Part shown: in pieces, positions 48,806-62,500 of the stretch
Layout: every line of letters starts with the position of its first letter
Position numbering within the stretch: the stretch's first letter is position 1
Source of the DNA: Paraphysomonas bandaiensis
Lineage: Eukaryota > Protista > Chrysophyceae
Direction of reading: 5' to 3'
Assembly (NCBI GenBank): GCA_965644295.1
Contig: CBFFRP010000074.1
Location: forward strand, 1-64,000
Length of the DNA: 64,000 bases
Translations under genes and position numbers: made by a program
Notes under the pieces: generated by a model
What the model was told of the DNA's origin: nothing
The model's database searches: none
What the model saw: only the letters and a program-made list of their open reading frames with translations

Positions 48806-49639
48806 ATGTTTCTTGTACGTTTATTAGTATTCATAAGTGTGTTATTTGTATTATCGGAGGCTAAATGTAAAGGAGATTGCAAGTGTACGGATTGTTTAGG
48901 TGCCACGAACTCACGCTGTGAATACTTTGAGGATACTTGGTAAATCTTCATGATTTGTATGAGTGTGTTTGAGTTAATGAGTATGTATAGTGCTGATAAT
49001 GACGGAGATGCAAACTGTGATGTTGGAGATACATCATACAAATGTGATGATTATGTTTGTGATAAAGATACTGATGAAGATGCTTCAGGATGTGCTGACC
49101 TTTGTGCTGCTATGTTCTGTTCATCGGTTTCATACAGCTGCAAGAATGATGGTCCTCTCTCTAAGTGCTTTCATTCTTCCACAATTATAAACTACAAGGG
49201 CAGCGAGTTCACAATGCATGATCTCTTGAGCGGAAAGGAGCCTGAGTGTCACATACCCCACGTCGTGTTGTCTGATGGAGTAACTATCAAAGCAGGAGAC
49301 CACTCATTGACTGTGACTCCTACCCACCTTATCAAAACAACAAAAGGGTATGTCCGCGCTGCGGACATAGCTGCTGGAGACACGGTTTTTGCTGCTGACT
49401 CCACCCCACTCATCGTGAGATCAGTGGTACCCCTTACGCCACAGGATGAATATTTTGGCCTCAACTGTCTCACCTCCGAAGTGGTTGCAGGGGGGATCAT
49501 TAGCAGTGTGTTTGGAGATTATCATATCTTGCCTGCTGCGTTTATGGCCGCTGCTGGTCGTATTGTGGGAGTGAAGACGGCTTCATATATCGGAAGCGGA
49601 ATTGCTGATCTCTTCTACCGTGCCAATCGCTTGATGTAG
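48806..49639 (+). CDS. secreted Cys/Asp-rich protein with a C-terminal Hint (hedgehog/intein, Hog-like) autoprocessing domain; intron at about 48940..48990
   Basis: Signal peptide (MFLVRLLVFISVLFVLSEA), Hint block A K|CFHSST, block B LTVTPTHLI, VRAADIAAGDTV and a terminal YFGLNC...VVAGGIISS, followed by a hydrophobic helical tail. Confidence 0.85.
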
Positions 49640-50093
49640 ATGTTTTTTCTATACATCGCATTGTGATGTCTGTTTTTATATCTAAATCTGTGGGTATTGT
49701 CGTCGCATAGTTATTTTGCCTACGTATTTTGACTCTGTTGTTAGTTCGCTGTTATTTGCAGTAGCTTGATACATGGCAGCCTGCTGAAATATTTCTAGAT
49801 TGAAGTTAAGCATTAATGTAATTTTCCTCTGCATGAATTTAAATAAGATATTTATATGGATGGATTTAGTGATGATGCACTAGCCTGCTGCTGTTGATAA
49901 ATAGCCATGTTTCGTGCGGCCGTTATGTATAGTCAAGAGTCAACAGCCCATAATAAGGAGTATTTTGAACACAGTAATGACAAGGTGCGAGCGGTATTCA
50001 CCTCGTTAGAAAAGGATAATCATTCGGCAGTAACCCGTAGATAGCAATTTTCTCTGACTTTATATAGACAAATTCACCCTAACATATAAATAC

Positions 50094-50761
50094 GTTGAAC
50101 TCACTCAACAATCAATTATTAAAATTACGATCAACACCTCTTATCATTCATTGGCATTCACTAAGTGTATGTCACCTCTTCTGCCAATCATTATTGTTCC
50201 CTCAACAAAGTCGGAGTCGCACCAGTTGGTGGTGTTCCGGAGATACTTCTCCGGATATATAGTCAGCAGATATTGTTCTGCCCCTCATAGCCAAAATGCT
50301 TGTGTGGTGTGTGGTATTCCTTGTCGAATAAACAGAGACAGGCATGCGGGGTATTGGGCTGCCTGCTGAAGTCAAGCATTCGGGCTGTTTACCTTAAGGA
50401 CAGAGAGCGAAAGTGGTTGCACCTTGGTGCTTGCGGTGACGCACAAGCAGCTTTGGTAGTGTAAAATAAAACGATATCAGAGATAAAAACTAGTTAGTTA
50501 AATTGTTTTGCTACATTAGTTCTAACTCTTACACGCCTATTGCTAATAATCAGACATTCCTTACTCATCGATGTTGTCATCTCTGAGAGGTAGTCACGGT
50601 CTTATACATCCAAAATATTTCAGCTTCTTACATATATAATTTATATCATATTATCAGATCGTGTATAATACTTAACTACTGTTTACTGTATGTAAAGATC
50701 ATATTTTAGATACCGTAAAATACAGCTTTCAATTGCTTACAACAAAGCAAAAAACTATTCA
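50094..50761 (-). repeat. degenerate copia-family solo LTR split by a SINE-like insertion (boundaries approximate)
   Basis: AAAATTAC.ATCAACACCTC and TACAGCTTTCAATTGCTTACAA are shared with 36120..36905 and 4330..4649. Confidence 0.6.
50199..50560 (+). mobile_element. SINE-like non-autonomous retroposon copy
   Basis: Reads CCCTCAACAAAGTCGGA...GTGGTTGCACCTTGGTGCTTGCGGTGACGCACAAGCAGC...CGCCTATTGCTAATAATCAGACATTC. Confidence 0.85.
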
Positions 50762-51905
50762 AAAGTAATCTCCTGCTCACTTGTCACAGAGGAGGTACGG
50801 CTACCTGTTATAGTTTGGCTACCTGCTAGAAGAATACTTATTTCAATAGCACACAAAGCTTTTAGTGTCTCGCAAAACTCAAAATTTGAACAATACCCCT
50901 TAAATTGGAAGGATACTGAGTGAATATAACAACTTTGATGTGTATAAATTCGTACGTAAGTGTAATGATGAATGTGAAAAATTGTAATTGCGCGAGGCTT
51001 CTTGTTGTATTGGCATCAGCATCACATTTATCTACAATTTGTGTTCAACTGGTTCGAATGTTGTGCGTATGATATAAGAAACACAATCCTGATATGTAAG
51101 CCCTGAAAGGCCTCGGGTGTCCCTGCTCCAAAGCACCGTCAGCATCAGATTTCAGATTTAAGCTCTGTGCAAAATTCTTGGAGTGTTGTTGAGAAGTATT
51201 GGTCATGTATTATTATATTTTATATTATATATATCTTTCACATATCATACATCAAATAAAAAGAAAGGATAGAATATAACTTCGAGTGGTTGATGCTCTA
51301 CTTTTTTATGGTTTCCCGAAAACTGTGTAGTGTGTAGTATATTGAAATATTGAAACGTATGATAATTTATAATGAAATCACATTCAAATTCAAATGACTG
51401 TCAATATCACAATTAAAATTAAAATAGAAGATAGTTTCTGTTGGAACCGAATATTGAAGTTGAATGTATCTAGCATCTATTAGCCATATAACCGTTCTGT
51501 TTAGCCCAATTCAGGTTTTAAAACATTTTTAGACAAGATGGGGACAATAACATAATCTTATCATAGCTAGTTTTATCTTGTGACTGTCATAAAAAACTAC
51601 ACATAAGTAGTATCACTTGTAGATTCCATTGTATTTTTCTTCACATTACATTGAAAAAAAAGGACTGCAAAACTAATAGTAAACCGTTTCCATATATCAA
51701 ATTGAACACCCTATTAAATAATATGACGTAACTATCACGTAACCACAGAGAGCATCACAACATTAGTAAAATAAGAGCTCAACACACTTACACACAACTT
51801 GGCTACTCAAAATTAAAATATTCGTCACGAAATGAGTCCCAAATTACTCCGACAAAACACAAATGTGGGACTTAAAATAAAGCACGTTTAATTGGAGCAT
51901 TCCGA

Positions 51906-53705
51906 TTACACCATCTCCATCGCACTTCCCTCCAGGAATGTTTTGGTGTGTCGATTATGCTTATTCCCCACGACATCCTTGAGTTCTGGGCCGGGTATAG
52001 AGCCCTGCTTATAATATACAGATGGTAGGCGACTACTGCTTCCCCCTTTTTCCATCGGGGACGGGCGAGTATCCAAAGGGGTGGTGGATGCGCGTGGCTG
52101 AATAGAAATAGAAGTATCTGGTATTGAATCGTGGACTGTGTATTGTTGGGGAGGCGACTGTTGGGGCAGGGGTGAGTGTTGCAGATCATGAGTTTGTTGC
52201 GGTTCTTCAGCGGCTTGAACAGAACTGGAAGTCCTCTTCGTTTTCTTTTTCTTCGCGTATGGTCTCAGCAGCTTCGCTAGATCGCTATTTTTACCGTGAG
52301 AAAGTGCAAGACTCATGGGGGTCCATCTGTGTTTTCGCCAGGGCCCTTCCCATGTATCTGGATTCGCTCCTGACTGTAGGGGTTGCACATCCACTGCCAC
52401 TTCATGGGCACTCTCCGGGTAAAGTGACACCAATTCTTTAATAATTTCCAGAGTCCGGGACACATTTTCTTCTCTTGGACTGTCCTGATCACTTCCTTCC
52501 TCAGCACTTTGGTCTTCCATCTTCATCGCTAAATGAATAGGCAATAGGCCATCAAGTGTCTTCTGCTTGACAGACTGAAAGCAGCTATGCACAAGCAGTT
52601 GCACAAGTTTCACGGATGGCGCCTGAGCACCATCTAAACATAAGTGCAAGGGCAGATAGCCCTCTGAATCTGCAGCTCTGAGGGAGGCAGGACACGCTTC
52701 AATGAGTGCCTTCACGGCTCGCTTAGAGGGGTTGTGGCGGTCAAGCAAACGGTGCAGGGGCACTTGTCCGTCCGTATTTTTATACGAGACGCCATCCGGG
52801 AAGGCTTCTATCAAAAGCTGTATAACACGTACCGAAGGGGCAGATCGATTACACACATAATGCAACGGAATCCACTGGTCATTACAAGCGTGCCTCGCTC
52901 CCTTGGGATGGGCCGTCAGTAGGGCTTGTACTACCTCTATATCAGGTGAAGCTCTGTTCACTGCCCAATGCAAAGGGAGGGCACCAGAAGAGGATGGTGT
53001 GGCAGCAGCTTCGGTGTAGCATTCCAGTAAGCTCTGGACCACGCTCAACACAGGAGAAGACTGGTTAACAGCCCAATGTAGTGGTAGGTACCCATGGTAA
53101 TCAGGGCGTTGTGCTGCCTCAGGGTAGGCCTGAAGCAGGAATTGGGCAATGTCGGGAGAAGAAGTATTTAATGTCGCCCAATGCAACGGAAGGGCTCCAT
53201 CGGCACCTTCCTGACATACAGCGTCCGGGTTAGCTTTGTGTACTATTTGTACAAGCTCCAAGCTTCGACTGTTGTACGCAGCGTAATGAATGAGTGGTAT
53301 GTTTCTAGATGTCAACCGCTGGAGTGAGAGCGCGGGAAATCGCGTTAATATATGCTTTGATGTTGCCACTCTATTCACAGTGGCATCGTCAAAATGTTCA
53401 AATATTGAGCTCTCAGCAATAAGAGACTCTTTAAGAACCTTTCCAATACTGGTTACAAGCCCGGCGTGAATACTCTTACTTGGGCGCTTTCGTTTCTTCG
53501 ATTGGGAAGACTTTGAATCCATTTCTTTGGCACTGATACGAGACAAATACAACTCATGAAGAACAGACACACAATCAACGATATGATTAAAAACTAGAAC
53601 TTCATCACATATGTTTCTATCTTCTTCTGAGGTTTGATTTGTATGTTGAGTGCGTAAATCCTGCAGTAGAGAGGTGGCGAGAGATGATAACTCCACGCTA
53701 GCCAT
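51906..53705 (-). CDS. ankyrin-repeat protein
   Basis: About 8 repeats of G.LPLH.A......VV..LL..YP. Confidence 0.9.
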   Translation of the reverse strand: MASVELSSLATSLLQDLRTQHTNQTSEEDRNICDEVLVFNHIVDCVSVLHELYLSRISAKEMDSKSSQSKKRKRPSKSIHAGLVTSIGKVLKESLIAESSIFEHFDDATVNRVATSKHILTRFPALSLQRLTSRNIPLIHYAAYNSRSLELVQIVHKANPDAVCQEGADGALPLHWATLNTSSPDIAQFLLQAYPEAAQRPDYHGYLPLHWAVNQSSPVLSVVQSLLECYTEAAATPSSSGALPLHWAVNRASPDIEVVQALLTAHPKGARHACNDQWIPLHYVCNRSAPSVRVIQLLIEAFPDGVSYKNTDGQVPLHRLLDRHNPSKRAVKALIEACPASLRAADSEGYLPLHLCLDGAQAPSVKLVQLLVHSCFQSVKQKTLDGLLPIHLAMKMEDQSAEEGSDQDSPREENVSRTLEIIKELVSLYPESAHEVAVDVQPLQSGANPDTWEGPWRKHRWTPMSLALSHGKNSDLAKLLRPYAKKKKTKRTSSSVQAAEEPQQTHDLQHSPLPQQSPPQQYTVHDSIPDTSISIQPRASTTPLDTRPSPMEKGGSSSRLPSVYYKQGSIPGPELKDVVGNKHNRHTKTFLEGSAMEMV

Positions 53706-54439
53706 TTATATGGTTGCTTGAACAGTGCCGAGTTATTTAATTATAATAACAACTCCAGGTAGATTAGGACCTGGATCGTCGGCAATGTATTTTGTAAATG
53801 ATTCGATGAACTATAAGCAAGTTATGAATTGGTTATATATATATATATATGCTGCTGTTGTACAGAGAGATCTGCCTGAAGTTACGGTATGATTGTACTG
53901 CTGCTCTGTATATGTATACAGTGAGAGCTGTGAAACTGTAATGTACAGATAGACTATCGTAGTACACTGCTGTACTGCTGTACTGGTATGTCGTACACTG
54001 GTATGTTGGACGTCTATGAGCTGTATGATGAGTGTAGGAGTCGTTTTTTGGGGATAAGAATTTTATAGTACATTCCTTGTACAGTATACTGGTATACTCT
54101 GTAGTTGCTTCCAACATGTACTACAGCACTGTACATATACAGCATACAGCAGTACAGCAGTACAGTATATCTACTATGTAGATATGAACACCTCCAGCCT
54201 ACAGCAGTACTATACATCATACAGCAGCAGTATACCATACACAGTAGCATGATCACACCTGTGGCTTTATCCGACCAGAGTGTCCATCCAACCCTCAGAT
54301 AAGACCATAACAACCAATCTAATGACTAACCCCAACATACCAATGATAAATCTATTACCCTTTGTCATGAATCTCTCATTTATTCCCATATATCACTCAT
54401 TTACTACTCGTTTAATAGATTGTTATACTAACAGTAAAG

Positions 54440-57400
54440 ATGATACAATTATACATCATTCTCTTCATATTATGTATTATTCAAGTCACTGGATATCAAT
54501 CTACATTGAATCCTGTCCTTCAATATGATTTTATTCGAAAGGATTGTTTAAATGGATTGTTTCATGATTCATCTGGCAGTAATTTGTTACTGGGTTTACA
54601 GAGAAATATCACAGCTACATCTTGTTTAATGGGCAATGGAATTCAGTTAAACCCATCTTTATCACATGATGATACTCCTGGGATTGTATCTGTTGGATCA
54701 TTGGCACCTTTATTGGATGTATTGCAGGGTGATTCCTTCACTATAGCAATGTGGCTTGAACCAGACTATGCTACCCAACAAGACATCACTCACTCAATCT
54801 TATCCTTTGTATATGGTAACATTGTATATGAGCCTACTTTTACTGTTACTCTGAGTAAGAAGATAACAGATTCAGATGTATCATCTAGTTCGACGAAGAG
54901 TGGCACAGGTATACGTGTTCTTTGTTTACCCAAGGTGCTGAACTGTATGCAGATTCGAGTGGTCAAGATACAAATCCTGTAGATCTACAGTTGGACTTAT
55001 ATGCCTCTGATGGTAGCCGTGCGTCCCTTACAGCTTTCTCATATGATATGAATTCGAGTAATGTTTCGAGTATTCGGGATGGTGGTATGATGTATATAAC
55101 GTTGTCCTTGACTTTCCATACTGGTTTATGGCATCCGGGCAACGTGCTCATTAGTACTGCCAGCCTGAACTCCACTTCCACAACTTCATTTGACTTATAC
55201 AGCACGACTACAAGATATGAAGATTATGGTGGAGTCGTAGGGGATTCCCTCCACCCTTCTTCGGCTGGCGGTGATGGATATCTGTGGCTTTTGTCTGGAC
55301 AGGGTGTACCATATGTTGGTCGCCTACACCAAGTTGCCATATACAACAAAGCAAGTAAATGACATGTGTAGTACTGTGTTTACGTGTTGTTATCTGTGTA
55401 ATTTTTGACTACATCACAGAGCCTTACCATCGAAGATGTATCACAGAATATTCTTGTCGGACTTCCCAACAGCATTCCAATAGCAACCAATATTACGGTA
55501 TCAATACTTGTCTACATATACCAGTGTGCTTCTATATATCACATTATGATTCATGTGTATAGAATTGGTTCTACTTGCGTATTACTAAACGATTATATAT
55601 TGTGTGTGCTATTCAAGTTGTATTACCTGCACTGTGCACATCAAATTATACACTCCAACTGAAAATGGTAATTTATACAGGTCGTTGTGTTGGAGGATGG
55701 TCAACGATCTCATGAAGAAGATAGTGTCATGTCTCCTCTACCGTGGTCTTCAATAGCGGAAATTAATCTACCGGTGTACGATGTAGATGACAGGCCTGCG
55801 CACCCAAACTACAACCACAATGACTTAATGTGTGCGCGAATTATTGTTACTCCCAGTAGGGGGCGCTTATATCGAACGACGAACAGTTCTCTGCTTCGCG
55901 TAGGAGATTGGGTATGTAAGGACGACAGTTATGGGGTGAAGTATCAGCCTGAAACTAACCAGCATTCTATTGGGTGCGTTAACAATCTTGTGTAAATAAT
56001 GGCAATATGTGTTGTTTATCTTATGTAATGTGTTGTGCAGGAAAAACCATATTTTTGATAGTTTCAGCGTGTTAGCCAAGGATTCTAAGGGTGCGATCTC
56101 CGATGTAGCGCGCGTGTCTATTATAGTTGAGGTATATCTACACATACACTTTTCTGTCTATATTTAGTTTATATATTAGCGTGATAATACACAAGGTATT
56201 ACATGTCTGTGGAGCTCATTGTAACGGAGTATTTAATATCAGGCAGTGAACGACCAGCCAACCCCAGCCTATGGTCTCTCGAGGTATTCTACGTAAGAGC
56301 GTACTATATTTATTTATATCCTTATCAGGCAAGTGGTTGCTGGGGTTGTTACATTTCTACAGCTATCAGGTACTGATGTGGATGATCCTTTATCTGTTTC
56401 TGGGGCTCTCATAGCTTCTCTTCCGCCATATGGTTCTTTGCATGAGGTCTTGAAGTAGTTTCATCAGTACACGTTTATAGTGATTGCAATGTTTCAGATT
56501 ACAGAGGACGGTACTGTGGAAAGAGTGGCTATAACCTGCAACTCTACCCACCCATATAGACTAAAGAACCCCTTTGTTGTTGCATACATATACACGTAGG
56601 TAGAATTAATACTATGGGTCAATATATTAATATTGCTACTGTTGTATTTCCGTAGGGGACACGAAAGTGTGCCAGAGTGGTCGAATGGCACATTGATTGT
56701 TGGTAATGATAGCTTTGATTTCATGGTGGTTGATAATGAAGGGGCATTATCACTGCCTACAGACTACAAAATTGAGGTATTTCTTGCTTACACGTTGTAT
56801 AATCTGCATATAGTTATACAGTATATTGGAGCTGATATGAGTTTGTGGTATATTGTTGTGATTCGTGAGTAGGTAACACCTTCCCTGTCTGCGGTGGGTC
56901 CATTGGCGTTGTCCCCGTCTGTCACCAGAGAGAATCGCACAACTCCTGTGCTGGTATTAACATTCCCATGTAGTGTGCGATGAAGCCCTCATTGTTTACG
57001 CATATGTTTCTTTTAGGTATACGGTGTGGATGCATCAGAACGTCATAGGAGCCTAGCGCTCCGAATTTCGAGTTTGCCTTTTCGAGGACGACTGTTCTCT
57101 GAAGGAAGCAGTCTACCGTTGTCTATAGGTGACATTATTCCCATGACTCCTTCTATGAACAATATATTGGGGCTCTCAAGCGATGAATCTAGGGTGTGGG
57201 AGGGAACTGTATTGTACGAAGCTGCGGAGTACTTTTTCAACTATCCCTCCTACTCTGTGTACGGGATTCCTCTGAACTTTTCCACTCTATATTCTCCCTC
57301 AGAGTCTCCATACAATAGTACTTTTTCTGGCGATTCCTTTGAATATTCGGTGGTGGAAGTTGGTATAAATAAAGTCGGGAACTTATCAGTGATTGCTTCT

Positions 57401-58748
57401 TCATCAGCGGCCCCCAGGGTAAGTGTAGTGTCGTTTCCCATTGGATTTAGTCATTCCTTTTTGTAGTTGGTTGATGTTTGGAATATGAATAATCCAACGG
57501 AAGTCACTGTTGAGTGTGAAGATTCAAAATCGGAGTGGTGTTTAGAAGTGTTTCCATACAGTTCACCTGAGGATGTTGTAGTTCTTACTGGAGTGGAGGT
57601 GTTCGATGCAGATAAGGGTGTTGATCTAGTCCGAGTAGAAGTGTCTGCTCAAAATGGATATCTTACTCTTAATGCATCTGCTATAGGTCGATTACAGCCC
57701 TTGCACTGTATTACATATGTTACTGAATTTTAACTGTTGCCATTTTTCAGATTGATTTATGTGAAGTACATTATCATCATACTGTGGTATCTAACTTTAA
57801 ATTAACTCTCCACAGGAAGTGTGGATTTTGTCAGCTCGGACTTGTGCTTTGCGCCCTCACAACCACCATGCGAAGGGCGTGGGTATGATGATTCTCGCAT
57901 GAGTTTTGTAGGTAAATATTTGATAACAATCAGAACATAAATGGTATATTAACTGGCTGTGTACGCAGCCACTCCGGGTAATATTTCGAAGGTTCTCAAT
58001 GGGATGACGTACAGGGTACTCATACTGCATATACACTCTGCTGTCACTGACATTCTGCAGAGTCTGGAGCCCACGCACCAGGACGAGATTGTTATCAAAG
58101 TATTTGATGGGGCGGTACGTGAGAGATACGTATTAGTTTACAATGACTTTGTGTTGTATGCAGGGAAGTCCATGTCTTGTAGAGGTTGCTCACGAAGCAT
58201 CTTTGCATCATCATTTGGCTAGAGACTACACCCAGCGAGAGGGTTGCTTTACGACCACGACGACGGTGTCAGTGAAAGTGCTCGGGTACAGAGATACGGA
58301 AACAGTGTATGAAAGCTCTCATTCTGATTCTGCAGCTACTTTAAGGTATGGTATTATATACATAAATTACGCACTTGAATGGCTTTTTGAAGTTATTTGA
58401 TGTGTATGCTCGGAGCTATTCGATATGTATATTACGTACTTACATCACACTTACTCAAGTATAGCTTATTATCAACTCAACTCAATTTGTTGTAGAATTC
58501 GAGCTATTGTGGGCGTGGTTGGGATACTTCTTTTAGTATTGGCTTGGCGAAAAATGTATATTTGTTGTTGTCGTCGAGCTAAAAACGTACAAGAGAATGG
58601 AGATAATGCCGTCGAGAGTAATTCCATGACATCATCGAGAGAAAGGTCGTTTGGGAAGTTTGTCGTAAATTTTTGCTTCCCTGTATCTTCTGGACACACT
58701 GCAGGGGTAGATGGAAATGAATCAGTAAATAATTTGGATAATGCGTGA
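54440..58748 (+). CDS. type I membrane protein with a LamG/ConA-like domain and cadherin-like/Ig-like repeats, many exons
   Basis: Signal peptide; SFTIAMW and GRLHQVAIYNK-SLT (LamG-like); YDVDD, YQPE, DSFSVLAKDSKGAIS, GTDVDD and DSFDFMVVDNEGALS; transmembrane segment IRAIVGVVGILLLVLAW followed by CCCRR. Confidence 0.75.
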
Positions 58749-59518
58749 ATGTTTTGATTTATAGCTACAAAATTTTTAAATAATATGGAATAATGCATGT
58801 AAATTTGACGAAAACCGTTTTATATTTGAAGGTTAAGAGGATTACGATTTTTTGTCGTGTTCAGAGGTACAGAGAAATCAAAATAAGTTAAATAACTGTA
58901 GTATAAGCGTATAAGCAAGCAGGTTTTTACTAATAATGCAACTCTGAAATTGGTATTGTACAGTAAAAAAGTAGTATACATTCATTCATATTCTCACAAT
59001 TTGAAATGTGTATAGCCACCACACTAACACTATTGACTGTTAGAATACATATGTTTCTCTAAGATAGTATACTACGTTAAATACAATGTAAAAGACAGTA
59101 ATACGTAGTCAAAGATGCTGTATAGCTATACTGTGAAACTGAAGTATTGTATCATGACGATTCAAGATACGGAAGTTAAGCAGTGGTTGACACGAACGAA
59201 ATATATTATCGTGTTGTTGACATGTTTTACATGACAACACTCACAATTCTGTATGCAATATAATAAAAGTGTCTATCTAGTTTGATTACAATAAACTTCT
59301 CTTAAAGATCTGAATTGCCAAAATGACCAATAGTCAATATTGACGACTGTACAGTGGTAACTACAGGACTGCGCGAAATTCTGCTTCATATTAAATATAT
59401 AACTATATAGAGAAATAATGAGCTATAACCCGATAACACACATAATCTTGACATTCATAAACATACATAGTCTACATCTCTCGAACTATAGGCCACAGTG
59501 TAAATACTTATGCAGGCA

Positions 59519-62500
59519 CTACCACTGCTCTTGAGACCATTGTCTAACCAGTTTACCAAAACTTTTCGGTTTACTCCACGTTGAATTCAAAGGGCTGGCG
59601 TCCTGCGTATTTAGTCGTACGAAATACCTGCATGACGTAAGACGTTAGCCAGCAAAATATTAGTTAAAATTAGTGCGCCAGTGACACTATGCACAATCCA
59701 CAACGTGTTCGATACAACCATGTTTAAAATGTAGTGGTAATAGCGTTTATACCTTGCTCCCGATGTTGCATCTGTCTCCTCCACCCACTCTGGTGCCTCC
59801 CATTGACTCTCTCCAGTAGATGCATTGTAGTAATAAACTGACCCATTCTCGTCTTGTTGTTCATACCACACAGGAGTTGGTGGACTATAATCAAACATGT
59901 CGTCGGCCTCTTCTGCCACGTAATCACCGAACTGATAATCTTCTTCCTCAGGATATTGATCCCTTGTTTCTTGCTGGGTGTACTCGGTACGGTCCTTCGG
60001 GCATGATTTCGACTGCTGGTCACCACTAACAGGGGTGGGCCGCAAATAGACGTGGGAAGTCTTATTCCTGCTGGTTGTGCCTTCAATCCTAGCCCATCCC
60101 CATGGAATTTCCCTTTGTTTTCGGTTCTTACGACTTCTATAGCCTCCTCCATTCCCATCTTCAGCTGGCCAATGAGCCTGCACTAAAGCCCATCCCCCAA
60201 CAGTTTTTTTACAGAGTACAGATCGCCCACTAGCAATATAACCCACTACAGGAGAACCTGTGTGACTTCTTGAGTGAACCGAGTGTATATAGCGGCCAGT
60301 ATGGGATTCAGGGGCAATTAGATCGTACGTCACCATGCCCTTGTCATTATCAGAGCTATCAGGCTTACTACAAGAAGGTGTGTCTTCCCTTGCGTTCGTT
60401 GTGTCATTGTGTGCCTCCTCATCAGAAACTACTTCTTCAGCAGGTGGAGACCCAGCTCGTGACATATGACGTGCGTAGAACTGCTCTTCCTCCCCTGCTT
60501 CACTCCAAGCCATTTTAGCGCTTTGGCCCAGTATGTTGTTAGTAAGTTCTTCGTCATCATCAACCTCCTCTGCCATGGAATTGTTAGTAGAGGGAGGTTG
60601 TTCATAACTCTGTTGGTGACTGTAGCTGTACCCAGAAGCAGGAGCAGAGTGCTGTTTGGCAAAGAAACGCTGCTTGTGTTCCTGATGCGTGTGATGACTC
60701 TCCTGTATAAGAGGCATCGTCACAGCTGCGGCACCACTCCACGGACCGCGACCTGAATCACACTTGTCAGCCCATATTCAGTATGTAATAAATAACGAAT
60801 TCAATGTTTATATGTAAGCCTTTCACCAATAACATGACACATACAGCGAGAGGAGGAGAATTACTACTGTTGTATCATTACAGATTCGAACCCCCTCCTC
60901 CCGATGTGTGTGTACATGTGTATATATAATGATCAAAACACCAGTGTACATTGTGGACCAGTTTTAGGTTTATTAATAGTGCAAACGGCACCTGCAGAGT
61001 GAGTGTTCGGATCTGTGCCCGCATATCTGACTCTGAAGTGATACCTAACTCCTGGAGACAGGTTTTTCTTCCTCACTTTACATCCCTCTATGTGTGCACC
61101 TGAAACCTCCCACTGACCCCTTCCACGTCCCCCCCTCTGAGCCTCCCGCCAGCTTAGTTCACACCACAGGTGGGTAGTGGTGGGGGCAGTAGAGGGGTTC
61201 CATGTGAGTTCTGCAGTTGTACTATCAGTGGCACATGCCTTCAGTCCCGAGGGGTGAGAAGCCTTCCACCATCCCTCATTCTGTGCTTGTTGCTTCTGTT
61301 TTTGATGGGTCTCCCAACTAGGTGCACTCTTCTTGCTGCTGGTACTGTACGCTGAAGAGGTTTCGGGCGGACTGCATGACGACCTTGTGTTATTTCCATT
61401 TCTACTGCTGCTATTAGTAGAATTCTGATGACTATTGGAAGCCCGGGTGCCACTTCCGCCATACCCACCCCTGGCCCTCAGCTCTGCTGCCCGCGCAGCT
61501 GCTCTCATTTGCTCCTGCTCCCTTCCAGCCCGGCGCAAGGTATTGTCTCCCATACCCTTGCCTTTGGTCTTATCTGTCCCACTATTGGACTGACCTTGAC
61601 CTTTTCTCTGTTCAGCGCGTTGCCTTGCCTGTTCTCTGGCTCTCGCCTTTCGCTGCGCCTCTGCAAACCTGTATCCTCTCACACCCCCAGTATCATCGTC
61701 CCAACCGGATGGACTGCAGCCCCCGGTACCCGTGTCGGGGTTGTCGGCCGAGTTGTTATCATAAAAGCAGCGTGGCTCTTGGTGAAAGTAATACTGCTTC
61801 TGTTGCTGGTGGCCATTCTGAGACTTTTTGGCTTGAGGTTGTTGATGGCTAGTTGGCTTCTTACTCGTAGATTTATAAGCAGTCTTCTGTTGGTGCTGTG
61901 CAGGAGACTCGCGCGCTGGTGGCCGAGAGGCTGCGGCGGCTCGTGCTTTAGCTCGAGCTCTCTCTGCTGCTTCCTCCTGTTTACGGTTTGTCCTATTCAC
62001 AATATATATATATTAAACATGGTAATAATCTGCTCTCTATATATGCTGGCTGCGTAAACAGCTAATGAAGAGGCCATTGCAGTAACCGTGCGGGTATATA
62101 TAACTTCGACATAGTAGAAAAAGCACAATACCTATCTGAAAGCTTCTCGTGTGCACTATGAATGGCCTGGAATAGTGGTGTCGTCTGAGGGTTCTTATCT
62201 GTAGAAGCTGTTGTCAAAAACACACGCCTACTTCATCTTCGTACACACCTGGGTGGTACTTGAGAGCCATCTTCTTATATGCTTTTCTAACATCAACAGT
62301 CTGAGCACCAATAGGCAACCCCAGTGCTTCGTACGGGGAGTTGGCTAGTAGAGCAAGCCCTTTCTTAAGAGTGGCTCCCGCATCCACCACACCAGGTGGT
62401 GGAGTACCCTCTGAAACCGCCGACATATCATTCTTCAAGAGTAATTCTACTCCTTCTTTCGCCTCTTGACCGGTTCCTTTGGAGATTAATACCTGAGCTC

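Noticed and set aside
53830-54320. Small ORFs in TACAG/CAGTA-rich DNA
   Set aside because: Low-complexity intergenic sequence between divergent genes.
61428-62057. 209-aa plus-strand ORF and similar antisense ORFs over real genes
   Set aside because: Shadow frames of low-complexity coding exons.
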